DNA of 64,000 nt. It comes from Convolutriloba macropyga. Taxonomy: Eukaryota. Positions 14,001 through 27,600 of the stretch are shown piece by piece. The stretch is from assembly GCF_964194025.1 (NCBI RefSeq), contig NC_134477.1, positions 7,564,001-7,628,000 of the forward strand. The letters run 5' to 3'. The notes beneath the pieces were generated by a model. The model did not search any database and was not told where the DNA came from. It saw nothing but the letters and a program-made list of their open reading frames with translations. The translations under genes and the position numbers were made by a program. How positions within the stretch are numbered: the stretch's first letter is position 1; each line of letters opens with the position of its first letter.

Positions 14001-17000
14001 AATCAAATTTAAAAAAACAAAACTAACACCATTTCATTTTTCAGTATTCGAGACATAGAAAATACAACGATACATCCCAGACAAAAATCTATCCTCCTGA
14101 ACAGATCAAAAAAAAGAAAAAGCAGAAATCAAACATACGAAACATTGAAACTTTTTGCAAAAAAAGGTAAAAATTTTAGGACTGCATTTATAAAAAAAAT
14201 TTAACTAATTTTCAAAAATTTACTGCTAAAAATTTATTGACGAAACGAAATTAAAGCCCCTCATGTTGCACAAAAAGAATATTTCTAGTAATAAAAACCA
14301 TAATACAGACAAAAAACTGAGAAAAATAGGGAAAAAACTACCAAAATCGGATCAGCATATGTACAATTTTATAAAACAAAATTACATCGAGGTAAAAAGA
14401 GGCATCGAGTATATGGATTGTCAACGGGAAGTTGTCATATTGACTGATTTTTGACAAAAAGACGGATAAAAGATCCAAAAATGAAAAAAATAATAGGAAA
14501 AAAGTCAAAAATTAATTAAAAAACCAAGAAATTTATGCCAATTTTTAACTTGAAACGCGTTTTCAGGCTCTGCAAAACACTGTGCTATTAATTTCCAAGA
14601 TTTACATTTCAATATAGTATCGAATAAACTTTATTTCTACAAGAAACCAAATTAAAAGCAAAAAATTTGGGCCACTTAGACAAAAAAACGGCTAAAAACG
14701 GTTATCTATATGTGCCATTCAGTCAAAAACTACTTTTCAAAGTCAAAAAGTCATTCACTAAACGCAGCGCATGATCAAAAAACTTCTCTCGCTCAGAAAA
14801 AGTTAGTTCACATCGCAATTTTTCTTACTTTCGCTTTTAGGTCAAAACAGCGTCTGAACGAATAGTACTTCCGGTAAAAAAAAACATAGCCGGAAGAATT
14901 CCGGAAGCGACTCGAAGCACCAAAACCTCACGAAAAGCTGAAGCCATTACCTTTCGTATTAAACCATTAACTCATTACCTCAGCGGGTCTGATCTAAAAA
15001 CCGGTGAAATTTAAACCACTGTCACCAAGAGAAAGAAAATGCAGCAAAATTTTATTATTGAAAACGTTTGTTAACGTTGAAAAAGTCTGAAATTTTTAGG
15101 ATGGTCAAAAAACTGAAAGCCTGACAAAGCTGACAGGGCCATCAATTGCCCTCAGATAATTAATGATTCTAATCTCAAAAAGATCGCGAAAGCAAACGGC
15201 AGATAAAAACTTTTCAAAAAAAACAGGAAAGTCAAAATTATTCAAAAAAGAGTGCTCAAACTTAAGAATCAGAGAACCACTACAATTAGATTTCTAATCA
15301 CGGCAATTAAGACAAAAATAATACATGATTCTTCCTTGTTGTATATATGCTAGACAACAAGATTTCATACTAATTCAAAAATTAAATTAATCATAGAAAA
15401 ACAAAAGCAACAAAATAATATTCAAAGGCAAACAATCGTCCAAAAACAATACCCAGCCCGGAATAAAATTGCAATGAATAGTAATAAGTCGAAATGTTGG
15501 AAAAGACTTCCTAGCAAACTCCCAGTACTGCCTTATTTTGAATTAAATCAATTGCAAACCGAAGAAACCAAGATCTAAGAAAAAGCTGAATTCATTCAAT
15601 TTTTTAACAACTGAAAAAATCAATATAACGAAAACAAAAGTAGGTGCCAGGACAAAACTAAAATGATACAAACGAGAATGTGAAGAATATGGACACAATG
15701 TTAGGAACACCGTAACAAAAAGACCAATTCTTGATTTTTGAAAGTTAAAAATCAAATTTAAAATAATCAAGAAAAACGAGTACATTTCATTGATCAGCAT
15801 TCGAGACATAGAAAAGACAACGAGTCATTCGAGACAAAAATCCAGCTTGCTGAACAGAATAAAACAAGAAAAAGCAGAATTCAGACATACGAAACAATGA
15901 AACATTTTGCAAAAAAGTGGTCAAAAAATATTTAAGACTGCATTTATGAAAAAAAATTATCTGTTTTTTCAAAAACTTAACACCAAAAAATGATTGAATT
16001 TTTATTGAAACGAAATTAAAGTCCCTCATCTTCCCCAAAATTCTATTTCTAGTAATTAAAAGCAAAATACAAACAAAAAAACTGGAAAAAAAATTGCAAA
16101 AAACTACGAAAATCGGATTAGCAAATGTACAATTTTATGAAAAAAAATTACATCGAGGTAGAAAGAGGCATTGAGTATATGAATTATCAAAGGGAAGTTG
16201 CCATATTAACTGATTTTTGACAAAAAACAGCTAAAAGATCCAAAAATGAAGAAATTAATAGAAAAAAAAGCCAAAAATTAACTACAAAATCAAGAAATAT
16301 GTGCCAATTTTGCATTTGAAACGCAATTTCAGGCTATGCAAAATACTGTGTTATCAATTTCCGGGGTTTACATTTCAACATAGCATCGATTAAAAATTAT
16401 TTCTACAAAAAATCAAATTACAAGCAAAAAAACTAGGCCACTTAGACGAAAAAACGGCTAAAAACGGTTATCTACATGTGCCATTCAGTCAAAAACTACT
16501 TTTCAATGTCAAAAAGTCATTCACTAAACGCAGCGCATGATCAAAAAACTTCTCTCGCTCAGAAAAAATTAGTTCACACTGCAATTTTACTCGCTTTCGC
16601 TTTTAGGTCAAAACATCGTCTGAACGAATAGTACTTCCGGTAAAAAAAAAAAAAAAACCTTAAGAAAACCAATACTCCTCTTCGAGTCGTAAAAACCTTA
16701 AGAAAACCAATACTCCTCTTCGAGTCGTTAAAACCGAGAGAAAACCAATACTCCTCTTCGAGTCGTAAAAAAAGACAGCGCCCCAATACAATTCAAATTC
16801 TTTGAATTGTAATAAAAAAATACGAGCGCAATAATAGCCGGCTGAGAAGATGAGGGCGGCTATTAATCATACAAATTGTTGCTCCAGAAAAGGAAAGTCA
16901 GTTAAAAGTATAAATCTTACTTATTAACTGGAAGTTGACGTTTCTTTTCATACTGAGCCACCACTTGGATGCCCAGCGGAGACTCATCATTGACAATTGA

Positions 17001-20000
17001 CACGAATCGTTGACCCACATTGCCATTAGCAGAATTTGAAACAGTTGCCGGCGATGTGAAAACTTTCTGCTGCAACTTTTTCTCTTCGCTCTGTTCTGAC
17101 GACTGAGCATTACCGCTCTCGGAAGCTTCTGATAGCTCTTTTTCTGACAATTTCGAACTATTAGCGTTGTTATTGCTTGTGCTTTTGGAATTATTTTGAG
17201 ATTTACTCCGAATGTCTTGCTCTTTCTGTTTGGTGATGTCAGCGGCAGTTGATGAATAATAGCTTAAATTTAGTTGTGGGGACACAAATGGGGGCGACTC
17301 GGGTCGTTTCGGGTTTCGAGGGTCGGTTGAGTCGTCTAGGTTCTGTTTCATAATGTGTTTCGTCATCCACCGGTCTATCATTTCTGAGTTGGAACTGGCT
17401 GTTTGTCTGGGTGAGGCCTCAGTCCCGAATGTTCCCCGTCTGAACATTTGCTGCTGTGGCTGAAAAACTCTTTTTTACTCAATATGCCGAGAGAATACAG
17501 AAATAATACGTCAAAACGGATTATGTTTAATCTAAAAAAGTTCCAAGTTGAAAAAAATTGAGATAAAATACCGCTTTACATCTTTAAACTTACGTCTTTC
17601 AACTTCGCTGTTTTCAGTTTAGATTCAACTACAAAGCCAACTACATCTGCTGGTTTACATACACTCGCTTCAAATTAATAGTGAAAGTCAATATTCTCTC
17701 CCAATTTTAGGGAGGGTCTGTCACAATGTTTCCTGATGTTTTCCATTCTATCATCATTACTTTTTGCTTCTCAGTCAAAAACTTATTTTGGTAAAACACA
17801 GCCAAAAACGATGTGTCAGTAGAATCGCATATTTGTTTACCATCGTTAAGCGACCTACTATTTTACAGTAGAATAGTTCTACGAGTTTTCGCAGGACATC
17901 GAAAAAAAACAGGACCTTTAATCCCATTTCGTCCTCTTAAAATTGGTCTCTGAAAAAAAAACATGATTGAGGAGATGCATGTTTTTAGTACTCAATTTTA
18001 GCGATATGGATAGGGAAATAGAGTTTACTCTCACCAAAACTACCTCATTTTCTCTTATTACTGCAAAAAAATTGTAGATCTATTCAAGATTTAATAAGAA
18101 GAAAAAAAGCTAATTTCAAAATTGGGCTTAGTTCGAACGTTTCATCTACTTAATTTTCGGTTAAAAAACTAATAGAAAATTATGTTTTGCAATATCGTGG
18201 GAACTTATCCATGCCAAAAAATCAGATAGGTTCGACAAAACCGAACATAACCGACTAAACGTCGGAAGAATTGCTCTCGAACGACTAGTGGGAGCTCTAA
18301 TCAATTACAGCCTGCTTCAGTCGGGTGGGGGGAGGGGAGCCTAAATGGGACTAAGAAGTTCAATAGTGGGCTCAAATAACCACATTAGAGGTTAACATAT
18401 ACCACTATTAAGATTTAAAGTAAAAAATGACACCAGTTTCAGCGCACTTTTCATTTGACTTTGAGTATTAAATTGCCGCCAATTGAGTTCAGCTGCTTGA
18501 AATTGTGATTGAGAGGGAATTTTAGATCACGCAAAACGCAAAAAGTCAACGGCGTAAAAGTCACTCGAGAAGTCAAAACGGTCATGCAAAGATTTTGCAT
18601 AAAAAAGACACACAAGTTAACAATAAATGCTTCTCTACGAGAGCACTTAAAAACGAATATTGGGTTTGTGTTCACTATTTGAACGATCTGTCAGCAGCTT
18701 AGCTCAGACATAGCTTGGCATGTGCAAAAATAATAAAAGTAATTATAAAATAGAATTATGAAAAAATCTGACCTTTGGTGGCCTACTATTTCTTCCATCA
18801 GCACTGCTTTGATATGTTTCACCGTTTCCACTAAGTAGCTTCAAATCACCATCTGTGTGTGACCTTGAATTCGCTATTCCTCCCTTCGCCTTCTCTCGAA
18901 CTGAACTTTGTCGACTGGACTTTTCAAAATTCTCTGGCGAGGAACTTCGATTGCTTTCTGTATCCACAAAATCAGCACTTTTCATAACCGGCTTATCGCT
19001 GTTTAAATCGTTAGTATTACCGGTCAGTAAATCCGGTGACGATGAACCCATGTTTAAGCCTGGACCCGGGTAACCGTGTTCATACGAGGAATTGGGTTTA
19101 AATTTAGGCGAGGACGTTTTTGCACTGTTTCTGTAGTTTGAATAATTGTAGTTGTAATTGTTTTTAGCACCGAGGGAGCTTTCAATTTCGTCCAATAACG
19201 GAACTGAAGAACGACTCAAAAACTCTTCGCTTTTAGCTCGTGAAACTTCGGAGTTAAGATGATGATGAGGTTGAATATCTGAAATAGTTAAATTTAGCTG
19301 TAAGTATTATAACTAGCTCAAATTTAAACAAGAAGATCACAAGAATGTTACAAAAACAAGCGCGCTAATAAAAATTTAAATACTTTGTGATTAAAAAGAG
19401 TGACACAGCAAACCATAATTTGAATCGTTAATATAAAAGCCAAAAGTATTTACCAAATTAGTTAAATGACAAAATAATTTTATGAGCTGAAACTTTGAAC
19501 GGAGAAACGATAACTTTCAATTTTGTGAGACCTTCAACGTAAAGTAAATTTATCACAAAGAGCTGTAGCTCAAGATATCACGCATTTTTGAAGTTTTTGA
19601 TCACACGTCGTCGCGACCATAAAAATATACAAAACTAATGAATCGAATTTGATCTAAATAGCAACTGATGTATTTATAAACTTAAATATTGCTTGATATA
19701 GTTCCCACTGGTGCCTTTTGTATTTGTGTAAAATTTCCAAAGCAAAACTGCTGTTCAGATTCAGATTAAAGTTAATACCTTTTGTTTAAAGCGCCAGGAA
19801 TCCAATTTAAACAATGTTCCCGTGAGTTTAAAACAAGTGTATGTATTGTACTTTGGTTCCACAATGCAATGGAAGCAATGCTTCAAAAATAAAACGGGAG
19901 TCTAGCAATCGTCGTCTTCTCGGATTTGATAGAAGAAAATTCAGTTAGAGAATGGCGTTTCAAGGCAATTCAATTCATCAATTTTTTGCTCCAATCGATC

Positions 20001-21913
20001 TATTTTCTGCTTAAGGTCGTAGAGATTTAATGAAAACAGCTCTAAAATTTAACTAAGTAATTCGAATAAGTTAAAATTATTGCTATTTTCAAGATAATTC
20101 TGTCTACATCTTTTCTTCTTAGAGCAACTTTAAACAATTTGATTTCAAGAATAAAATGAATGGCTTTTCAAAACTTACTCCCATTTTGAGAATATACAAG
20201 ATTTAAATTACAAAGCATGGTCTACCTTTTCTATTTTTACCTTTTCTATCTCTGCTTGATTAGGTAGACATTTAAGCCAAGAATGCGGATGAGGTCGGAA
20301 CATTATGTGCGAACGCACCTTAACAAACCTCCTTTTTATAGCTGACCTGAATGAGTATCGTGGGTGGTGAAGTGTTCACTACTATTTCCACCATCCCCTG
20401 AGCTGGCACAATCTCCACCCCCACCCACTCCCCCTCCACTGAGACCACTGTGGGGTCCTTCGTGAAACACGGCTATCAGCTGAAAAAAACCAGTTACATT
20501 CAATCAGAAAATCTCTCCATAAGATTCATTCTTGAAGGCAATTACCCTTTCTTTGTTTATGAAAACTCAATTTTTTAAAAAGCAAAATAAGACAAATATT
20601 TTGATACTTTTTTTTACTCAGTTTTCGAGACTTTTATAAGTGAAAGAAAAACTGACTAGTACCCCTTTTTTGCCTTTTTTCGAACAAAGTTAGTGCGCAA
20701 ACGTGAAGAGAAGCTCGCGCACTTCTACATTAGAAACACAAGGAAACACTCGAAATATAAACACAATTTCTACAATAGTTAACCTCTACTAGAAAGGCTA
20801 ACTTTTCATTTTTAAACATTTTTTTCATTATTTCAACTAAATTTGCACAACTCTTCCGTGAGGCACCTGAAAACAAACCACATAGGTTTAATGGCAACCT
20901 TGTAGTGTCGCAAATTGTAATAGATCGTATTTGTACAATGTATGTATTTTCTTGCTACTAATTTATGATAACGGCACTACGAACAATTTATATTATTTAA
21001 TTCTAACAATTATGTTAAAATAATCTAACCGTTTCCTTGTCATCTGCTACGTCGCACACCCTGTCGTCCATGTCAAATATGGCGCCCTCCCTTGACTCTA
21101 ATCTGTACACTGTAATGTCTCCTGTCTCCACAAGGAGTCCACTAAAGGGTGAAGAGACATCAGGCTAAACAAAATAATTCATAATAACAGCTGTTGCACT
21201 TGACTATTGCTAATAGTTTTCATTTTTTTTTCAGATTAGGATTATATCTTGCAACAATATGGATTTAAAACCACGGCAATCTAATTGACTACTGAGCAAA
21301 TGTACATCCAAAAAGATGCACCAAAACCGGAACAAATTGAAAATCGACGATTATCAAAAGTTGGGGAAAATGTTTGATTCGATTTTGTTGTATACTGCCA
21401 CCAACTAACACACCTAACAAGCTCATAAAAGACTTCTAAGATCAATACCTTCAGACCACTTGATATAGTCATGGGGTACGCATTAAGGCTTGAAATTACA
21501 GATGCAGGTTCGAATCCGTTGCAGGTCAGGTTTCAATCCTATCAAAAAACCGGACGGGGGGTCAGAGCATAAGATGTGGGTCCAAATTTCCCAAAGTTGT
21601 GCTTCAAATCAGGAAATTATCACTCCTCAGCCGCTTTTGGTGAACCGCAAACTTATGATATACTTACGTATACTTACTATAGAAATGATTATCAGTAACC
21701 CAAAAAATAATTGCTACAATTTTTTGAGAGCAATTCATTATTTATTGCTCAAACTAAGAATTCAGTATTTTTGAACAAAAATTTACTAACTTTCATTGAG
21801 TTAGCCTTTCTGTATCTTCTGGATGCCTCCTCGACCAGTTCCCGAATGGTCAGGGTTCCATCTCGACACGGCACCACAACCCTTTTCTCCCCAAACGCAA
21901 CAGACACCTTCAT
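2083..21913 (-). CDS. par-3: Partitioning defective 3 (Par-3/Bazooka) homolog, 5' part (N-terminal oligomerisation domain, PDZ1, start of PDZ2); the rest probably lies beyond the window start
   Basis: Ten GT-AG exons join in phase by hand: 21913-21791 (MKVSVAFGEKRVVVPCRDG...RYRKA), 21164-21030 (...VYRLESREGAIFDMDDRVCDVADDKET), 20479-20347 (LIAVFHE...), 19278-18773, 17459-16921 (...SPLGIQVV), 9847-9668 (GLLVRQVNEGGKA...ITEING), 4060-3818 (AQNVFKNALQ), 3383-3157, 2726-2583 (NTKKIGRKIKVQLNKG), 2196-2083 (PDGLGFSLTERD...VYIKSILAKGAAIKDG). These match the Par-3 N-terminal domain and PDZ1/PDZ2. Confidence 0.95.
4947..5470 (-). mobile_element. Two abutting HINE family A copies (4947-5348, 5357-5470)
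   Basis: Same hairpin and subTIR termini; 4947-5348 is highly similar to 18245-18648. Confidence 0.75.
6200..8002 (-). mobile_element. Cluster of HINEs: A (6200-~6570, G-rich, truncated), B-like (6711-7189), B-like (7372-7624), A (7628-8002)
   Basis: Family-diagnostic hairpins and subTIR pairs (AATAGCCGCCG/CGGCGGCTATT; AATTGCTCTCGAATG/CATTCGAGAGCAATT). Confidence 0.7.
8501..8634. repeat. Short degenerate tandem repeat of (AAAATC)TTTTGTCATTTTAAA(CTAT)
   Basis: About six copies of GTCATTTTAAA directly visible. Confidence 0.85.
10513..16864 (-). mobile_element. Five-level nested HINE stack: family B > family D > family C1 > C2 > C3
   Basis: Hairpin ends at ~10513 (B), ~10993 (D, CAGGACAAGTCCTG) and ~11350, ~13129, ~14884 (C, CCGGAAGAATTCCGG). 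The matching subTIR ends are stacked in reverse order at 16690, 16728, 16766 (CTTCGAGTCGT), 16811 (AATTCTTTGAATTGTA) and 16864 (GGCGGCTATT). Confidence 0.88.
11350..16690. repeat. Three ~1.77-kb diverged direct repeats (bodies of family C elements)
   Basis: Units begin ACATAGCCGGAAGAATTCCGGAAGCGACTCGAAGC at ~11350, ~13129 and ~14884 and are colinear. Confidence 0.93.
18245..18648 (-). mobile_element. HINE family A copy
   Basis: ACATAACCGACTAAACGTCGG-AAG-AATTGCTCTCGAACG ... CGAGAGCACTT; near copy of 4947-5348. Confidence 0.78.
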
Positions 21914-24681
21914 AATGGCAAGATACCTTTCGTATAATGATATGTATTGGATAACCAAGATAGTTAAGTAAAGTCAATGATAATATTAATTTAAAGATGA
22001 TCGCTAGTTAACGCATGACTGTTTTAATGCACTCTTTTGCAAGTGACTTCATTTTTCATCAGCAAAAGCATAATCACAGTCCCGATAAAATAAGCCAGCC
22101 TCCACCAAAAATTGGATAAAAATCAAGTCAGAAATTTAGCGCACAACAGTCAAAAGAATAAAAATGAACTAATAATACAATAAAAGACTGACGAAGTGTC
22201 AAACGATATGTCGCAATAGGCAGTTTTCGTCATACAGACAATAGAAATTATTCTCACTCTTGTCCAAGAGTCCAAATTTAACAGAAGATCAAAATTGATA
22301 AAAGTAAGTCAACAACAGTTCTGTGCAGATCGACAGGTAAATGATATTTGTTCAGTAAATGTGAATGAAATTAGTCCACAAATTCAATTTTCACAAAAGT
22401 TGGTAATGTTTCTTTCGGCCAATAGAAGACCGAAGTTTAGAAACCAAAGTATATTTAACCATACTTACTACAGCACAATAGTAATTCCGTTCTAGGGAAT
22501 GTTATCAGAGAATTCAAAATTTACAAACCAAGAAATGTCCACTTTGAATAAAACCTAACGTTTGTTGACCTTTCAGCCTGGTTATAACCGTTGGCTATAA
22601 ACCAATCATAAACAATAAATGTGACAACGGTTTGAAAAGGTAAACAGAATATCCCACTTGCGCAAAGAAGCGTAAAATTATAATCGAATTATGATTTTAT
22701 AATAAATCACTTTTTCTGCTTCCCTATTTCCATTCATAACAAATTGGTTAAAGAAGGTTCTCAAACGATCAACAGGATATTTATGCTTATAACTAAATAT
22801 GGTTGGCTTAGTTTTAATAAATGGCTGAACAAAATCAGAGAACCATATATACAGATATAAATTATGGAACAGCCAAGAAGCAGTGGAAAATTATAAGCGG
22901 CTTTGTAATAAAAAATAAAATAACTCACTAATCTAATAATTCATTGCAAATTTAAAATTCCATCCAAATTCTGAAACGAAAAGAACGGGAATAAATTTGA
23001 ATGTACGGCTTAAAATATTACAAACAAGATAAAAACACAGTCATTAACAAAGACACTCGGTAAAATAGACAACCTCTTCTGAATACCGAATGAATTTGGT
23101 TAAATCAGGCATCAAATTTTGACAAATTTGAAACAAAGCGATTTTATTACAGCTGTACAAATATTTCGATCTAACGGCGATTTAAACCTGGCTTAGCAAA
23201 CACATATTTTTCAAAGACGCAAAATTTTTAAGCATCCGCTCAAAAAACTAGAAAAAGCGCGCGCGGACCGTCCGTGTGCATAAATAATTAATATCGCTTT
23301 TCACAATTTTGCGGCGATCAAATTTTGTGAAAAAAATACCTGGACATCAAAAATATTCAAAATTTACGTTTGTTTTAGTAACGCGCAAAATTCAAAACAC
23401 GTCGAAATTCGCTCAATAAATTGTAAAATTCTAAAACCTTTCGCTTTAATATTTAACATGTTGGCTATTAAAATTTCAATTTATATTGAACTAGGGGTCG
23501 TATAGTTGTTCTAATTGTTCTGATAGACGTGATTTAATACACGTTTAAGCATAACAAAAGCAAAGCCGGATTAATCTGCACAGATAGACAGAAGGTCCTG
23601 ATTTTTACCTGAAGAATATAATAGAACATTTCCGGACATCTGGCTCGTAAAAGTCTGGATAGCTTCACGTATTATTACTACTATAAAATTATTCAAGTGA
23701 TTTCAAAGAGAATAGCGCAGAGAAGCTAACGAGATGTTTTATTTTGTATCAGAGAATATAGTTAAAATATTTATTAAATTTTAGCAAATATGTACAAACA
23801 AATTTGAGCACGCAACAATATTAACTAGTCAATTATTATTAGCCACTTTTACATTTCAGTAAATTTAGCTCGCAGTTAATTAACAACCATTTTAACATAT
23901 AGCTCACAGTCAAAATATATGAGAGATTATCCATCTATTATCTGGAATTAGGATAATTAAACTCTGGGATAATATTTTCCAAGACTAATTCTCATTTTTC
24001 CATGTCAAGAATAAAGGGGAAATGAACTAAGTTGACTTACGCGTGCGTTGACCTTTTCCTAAAATCCTGCATAATTCCTGGTTAATTACACACCTTTGAA
24101 GACGAGTAATAAAAGCATTTAACAGTTGTAAACCAGCAAAGAGATACTCGCTTCAATAGAAATGGAAAATTTCTTGTTTCCGTTTTGTTCTATCTAGGTA
24201 ATCGATTTTCGAAGCCATTTAAAAATAAATGCAGAGGTGCAGAAAGGACAAAGACGTCTGAATTACACGGCGAAAATTTCAACTGCTTTTCAATTGCACT
24301 TTGAATGACGAAAGAAAAATTAATTTTAACAGATGTAATTGTATAATACATGCTGCATTTTTGCTGCACTTCAAAAACTGATGTATCAAAATACGAGAAT
24401 CAAAAAAAAATTTCAAAACTAACGAAAACCTTAAAAGTTTGCAGCCCGTATTTTCTAACTCAACATAATGTGCAAATTTAAGAAAATGAGCCTCAAAAAA
24501 TCCCACCTGCAGTAAATCTCAAAAATGAAAAGTTATTTAGGTACAGGAGATAATGCATCACGAAATACGAATAAGATCTCTGAGAGAGTATATTTGGCAT
24601 ACATTAAAGATCAATCAAATTTATGCTATTCATTTTGCCAGATATTTTGGACTATGATGACTACATAATTGTTCATATTGA

Positions 24682-27600
24682 TCACTTGTTGCTTTGGTGT
24701 CTGTTCATGCCTATGAGGGACTGACTGTTTCTTCCTCCTGAGGAATCAACTTTGTTCAGCTGGATGATTCTGTGAGCATCTCCGACCAGGAATCCGAACA
24801 TCACCAGGAAAATTGACCCAATCTGTAACGAAACAGGATTTATGACGCAAAAAAAGGCGAACAGGAAGTTACTATGCAACCAAGTTAGGATAAAACAATT
24901 TTCATTTAAAAATGCCACTGCCATGCCTCAACGGCCCGTGGTACCTAATTACAACTGAAGATGAGATTCAATTAATCCGGTAATTATAGCAAAACGATAT
25001 TGCGGCCAGGGCAGGATTCCCAATGAACCAAAGTGCACAAAATTTACCCAATATTTTACCTTATTGTTAAAAATACGAACTATCAATTTGAAATCGGACT
25101 GTTGAACGTAAAGATCCAAGGGCTAATAGGATATTATGACATCGGGGAAAATGTCGTGAAATTGCACTGTAGGCAAATGAGGAAAAAAAGCCCACAGAAG
25201 CATCTTACTGCAAGGGTGAATCCCAAGTATGTCATGATATTTCCAATTCTGTCGTATCTCTTCGGCTCAATGCAGTACATGGGCATATTAGAATCTGTGA
25301 TCCAACAATCTCGATTCAAGGGCTTGTCTGAAACACTCAAATTATGAATAATTCGGCTATTTGACAAAATTCTGGACACATTCTATTTTCTTTCCGATGT
25401 TTTCTCCGGATTTTCTCACCGGATTACGCAACGGTTTTCAAACTAGCCTTTTAGGCCATTTCCAATTGCATCGGATACATTACTAGACTTTAAAATACCA
25501 TTTTCTTAAGAACTAAACTTCATCTGGAGGCCCGCATTCCTATTTGACAATATACAACATATTGAACCGTTAGGCTGGTTGATATGGATCTAACTTTATT
25601 CTGTTGAAAGTTTTTTGTTATTTTGTCAGAATTCAATTGGAAGAAATAAAGATCTTTGTTGAACTCAACGAGTAAGCCTAACAAGGAGGCCCGGCAATGT
25701 ACGTTAGCACAATGTTTCGATCCCACTCATCCTGATTTTTGGCATAGCATACTTGTGAACTAAATGAACCAGAGATGGAAGCTTTCAAAATAAGAGGAGT
25801 TCATGCTTCGTAACTTAAAACTTGACGGATTCTTAAAAGATGACAGACCTTTATCCCAAAGATCGGTGAACTAATTTTTTAACGTATTCTGTCCCCTCCC
25901 CCAAAAATTATTTATGCCCCAATTACTATGCAAAAAAATAGCACGGGTTCCAAAACAAGAACAGATCCCTAGTTTTTTTTTCATTTCACTAGAATAAACA
26001 AATGGAACTGACCAGAACGTTTGGTTCAAAAGATGAAATCAACACTAATGCAATTTATCATTATCAAACCATTTTATCAAGGATACACCTAATTTTGTAG
26101 GCACTAAAAATCAGGGCAGACTTCAGCCGTTGAGGGCTAAAAACACCAAAAAAGTTATTCTGACTTCTTGGCACGTTATCAGATGGATGTACGAACCTCG
26201 AAGAAGGCGAATTAAAACAAATATAGCAGATCAAGTCATGACACAACCCAAAAAAAATGGAAAAACAAACAGCCACACTATCAACCACACTCAAAACAGT
26301 ATATGATGGTCAATAAATCGTATACCAAACACAAAGATGAACAAAAAAGATCCTAAACACAATATTTTGTGAAAAATTAATGACGCCATTAAATTTTGGA
26401 TATCGGTTCACAATACTGCTTTTAATACCCGAAACAATGATTTTAGCCGATTTAAAAAGTTGATGAGACATTATGAAAAAAAAACAAAAAGAACAAACAT
26501 AGGCGAATCTCAAATAATCACTTGTACGTTTTGAAAACTAATATTGTCAAAAATGCTCAGATTGATCAAACAGAAACAAGACCAAAAACGCATTTATGCG
26601 TCAATATAGGGACTTGTAGATATAACATTATTGAGGCATAGCAGGAGAACAAAGTACAAAAAACATAACCGACTAACGTCGGGCGAATTGCTCTCAAACG
26701 ACCGGCGAGCGGTTGGCTTGGTCAGTAGCTAGCCACGGGGGGGGGGGGGGGGGGGGGGGTGCACCGGGGGCAGCACTGGGTGGGGGGGGGGGGCAAAAGC
26801 GCGGTGGGGGGAGCCAATAGTGGGGGTGGGGGGTCAACAAAGGGGAGGGGGGTGTCAACCTCTAAGAACCGCCCCTCACACCATAAGTATAAGTATAAGT
26901 CTCCAAGACAGTTTGAGCTGAAACAGACCTGAAAGGCTCTAAGAGCACATAATGCCCGCTGGGCGCTACCTGTTTATCCCGTTTTTGAGGACGAAAAGTC
27001 AAAAGCGTCAGACGAAAAATTGGTCAAGCGAAAAATCGCATAAAAAAAAGACCGACAGGACTAATATAATTGCTACAAACTTCGTTTGAGAGCAATTAAA
27101 CAAATAGTGCCAAATTGCTCGAAACATTAGATATCCAAAACCATTGAATAGGTACAGGTACGCTTCACTAGAGACCCATTGAGATTTGCCTTCAATACGG
27201 AAATATGTGACCGGAGAACAAACCGAGCAAAACAAAAGAACTAATATTTTGAGAATACACTGATCAAGTAATATAAACCGAATGTTATCAACCCTAAACA
27301 CTGACAAGGTTCACTTTTCAGCCCATATCTTAAAATTATATTACATCTAATAAAATACAAATCTTGAGATCAACTTTCGCAATCAATACAAAAACCTTAT
27401 ACGAAGCCGAACAAAGCAATCTGGTACATTTAACGATTTTTCTATTTTTACGCTACCAAACACAAATGGAAGACGCTTTTACCCAAATTAAAAATAATCA
27501 CAGAGTAACAGAAAACACAAGTCGAGTGAGTTTGAGCCTCAACTTTTTAATCAAAGTTTACCAATTTTTAACCACCTGAACTCTGAACACTGAAAAGTAC

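Noticed and set aside
16655-16766. Three 38-bp repeats as a CRISPR-like array or minisatellite
   Set aside because: No spacers and no cas genes in a eukaryotic context; explained as the stacked ends of three nested family C elements.
11070-16786. Short ORFs in the 1.77-kb repeats
   Set aside because: K/N- or F/L-rich translations of AT-rich repeats; frames are not preserved between copies.
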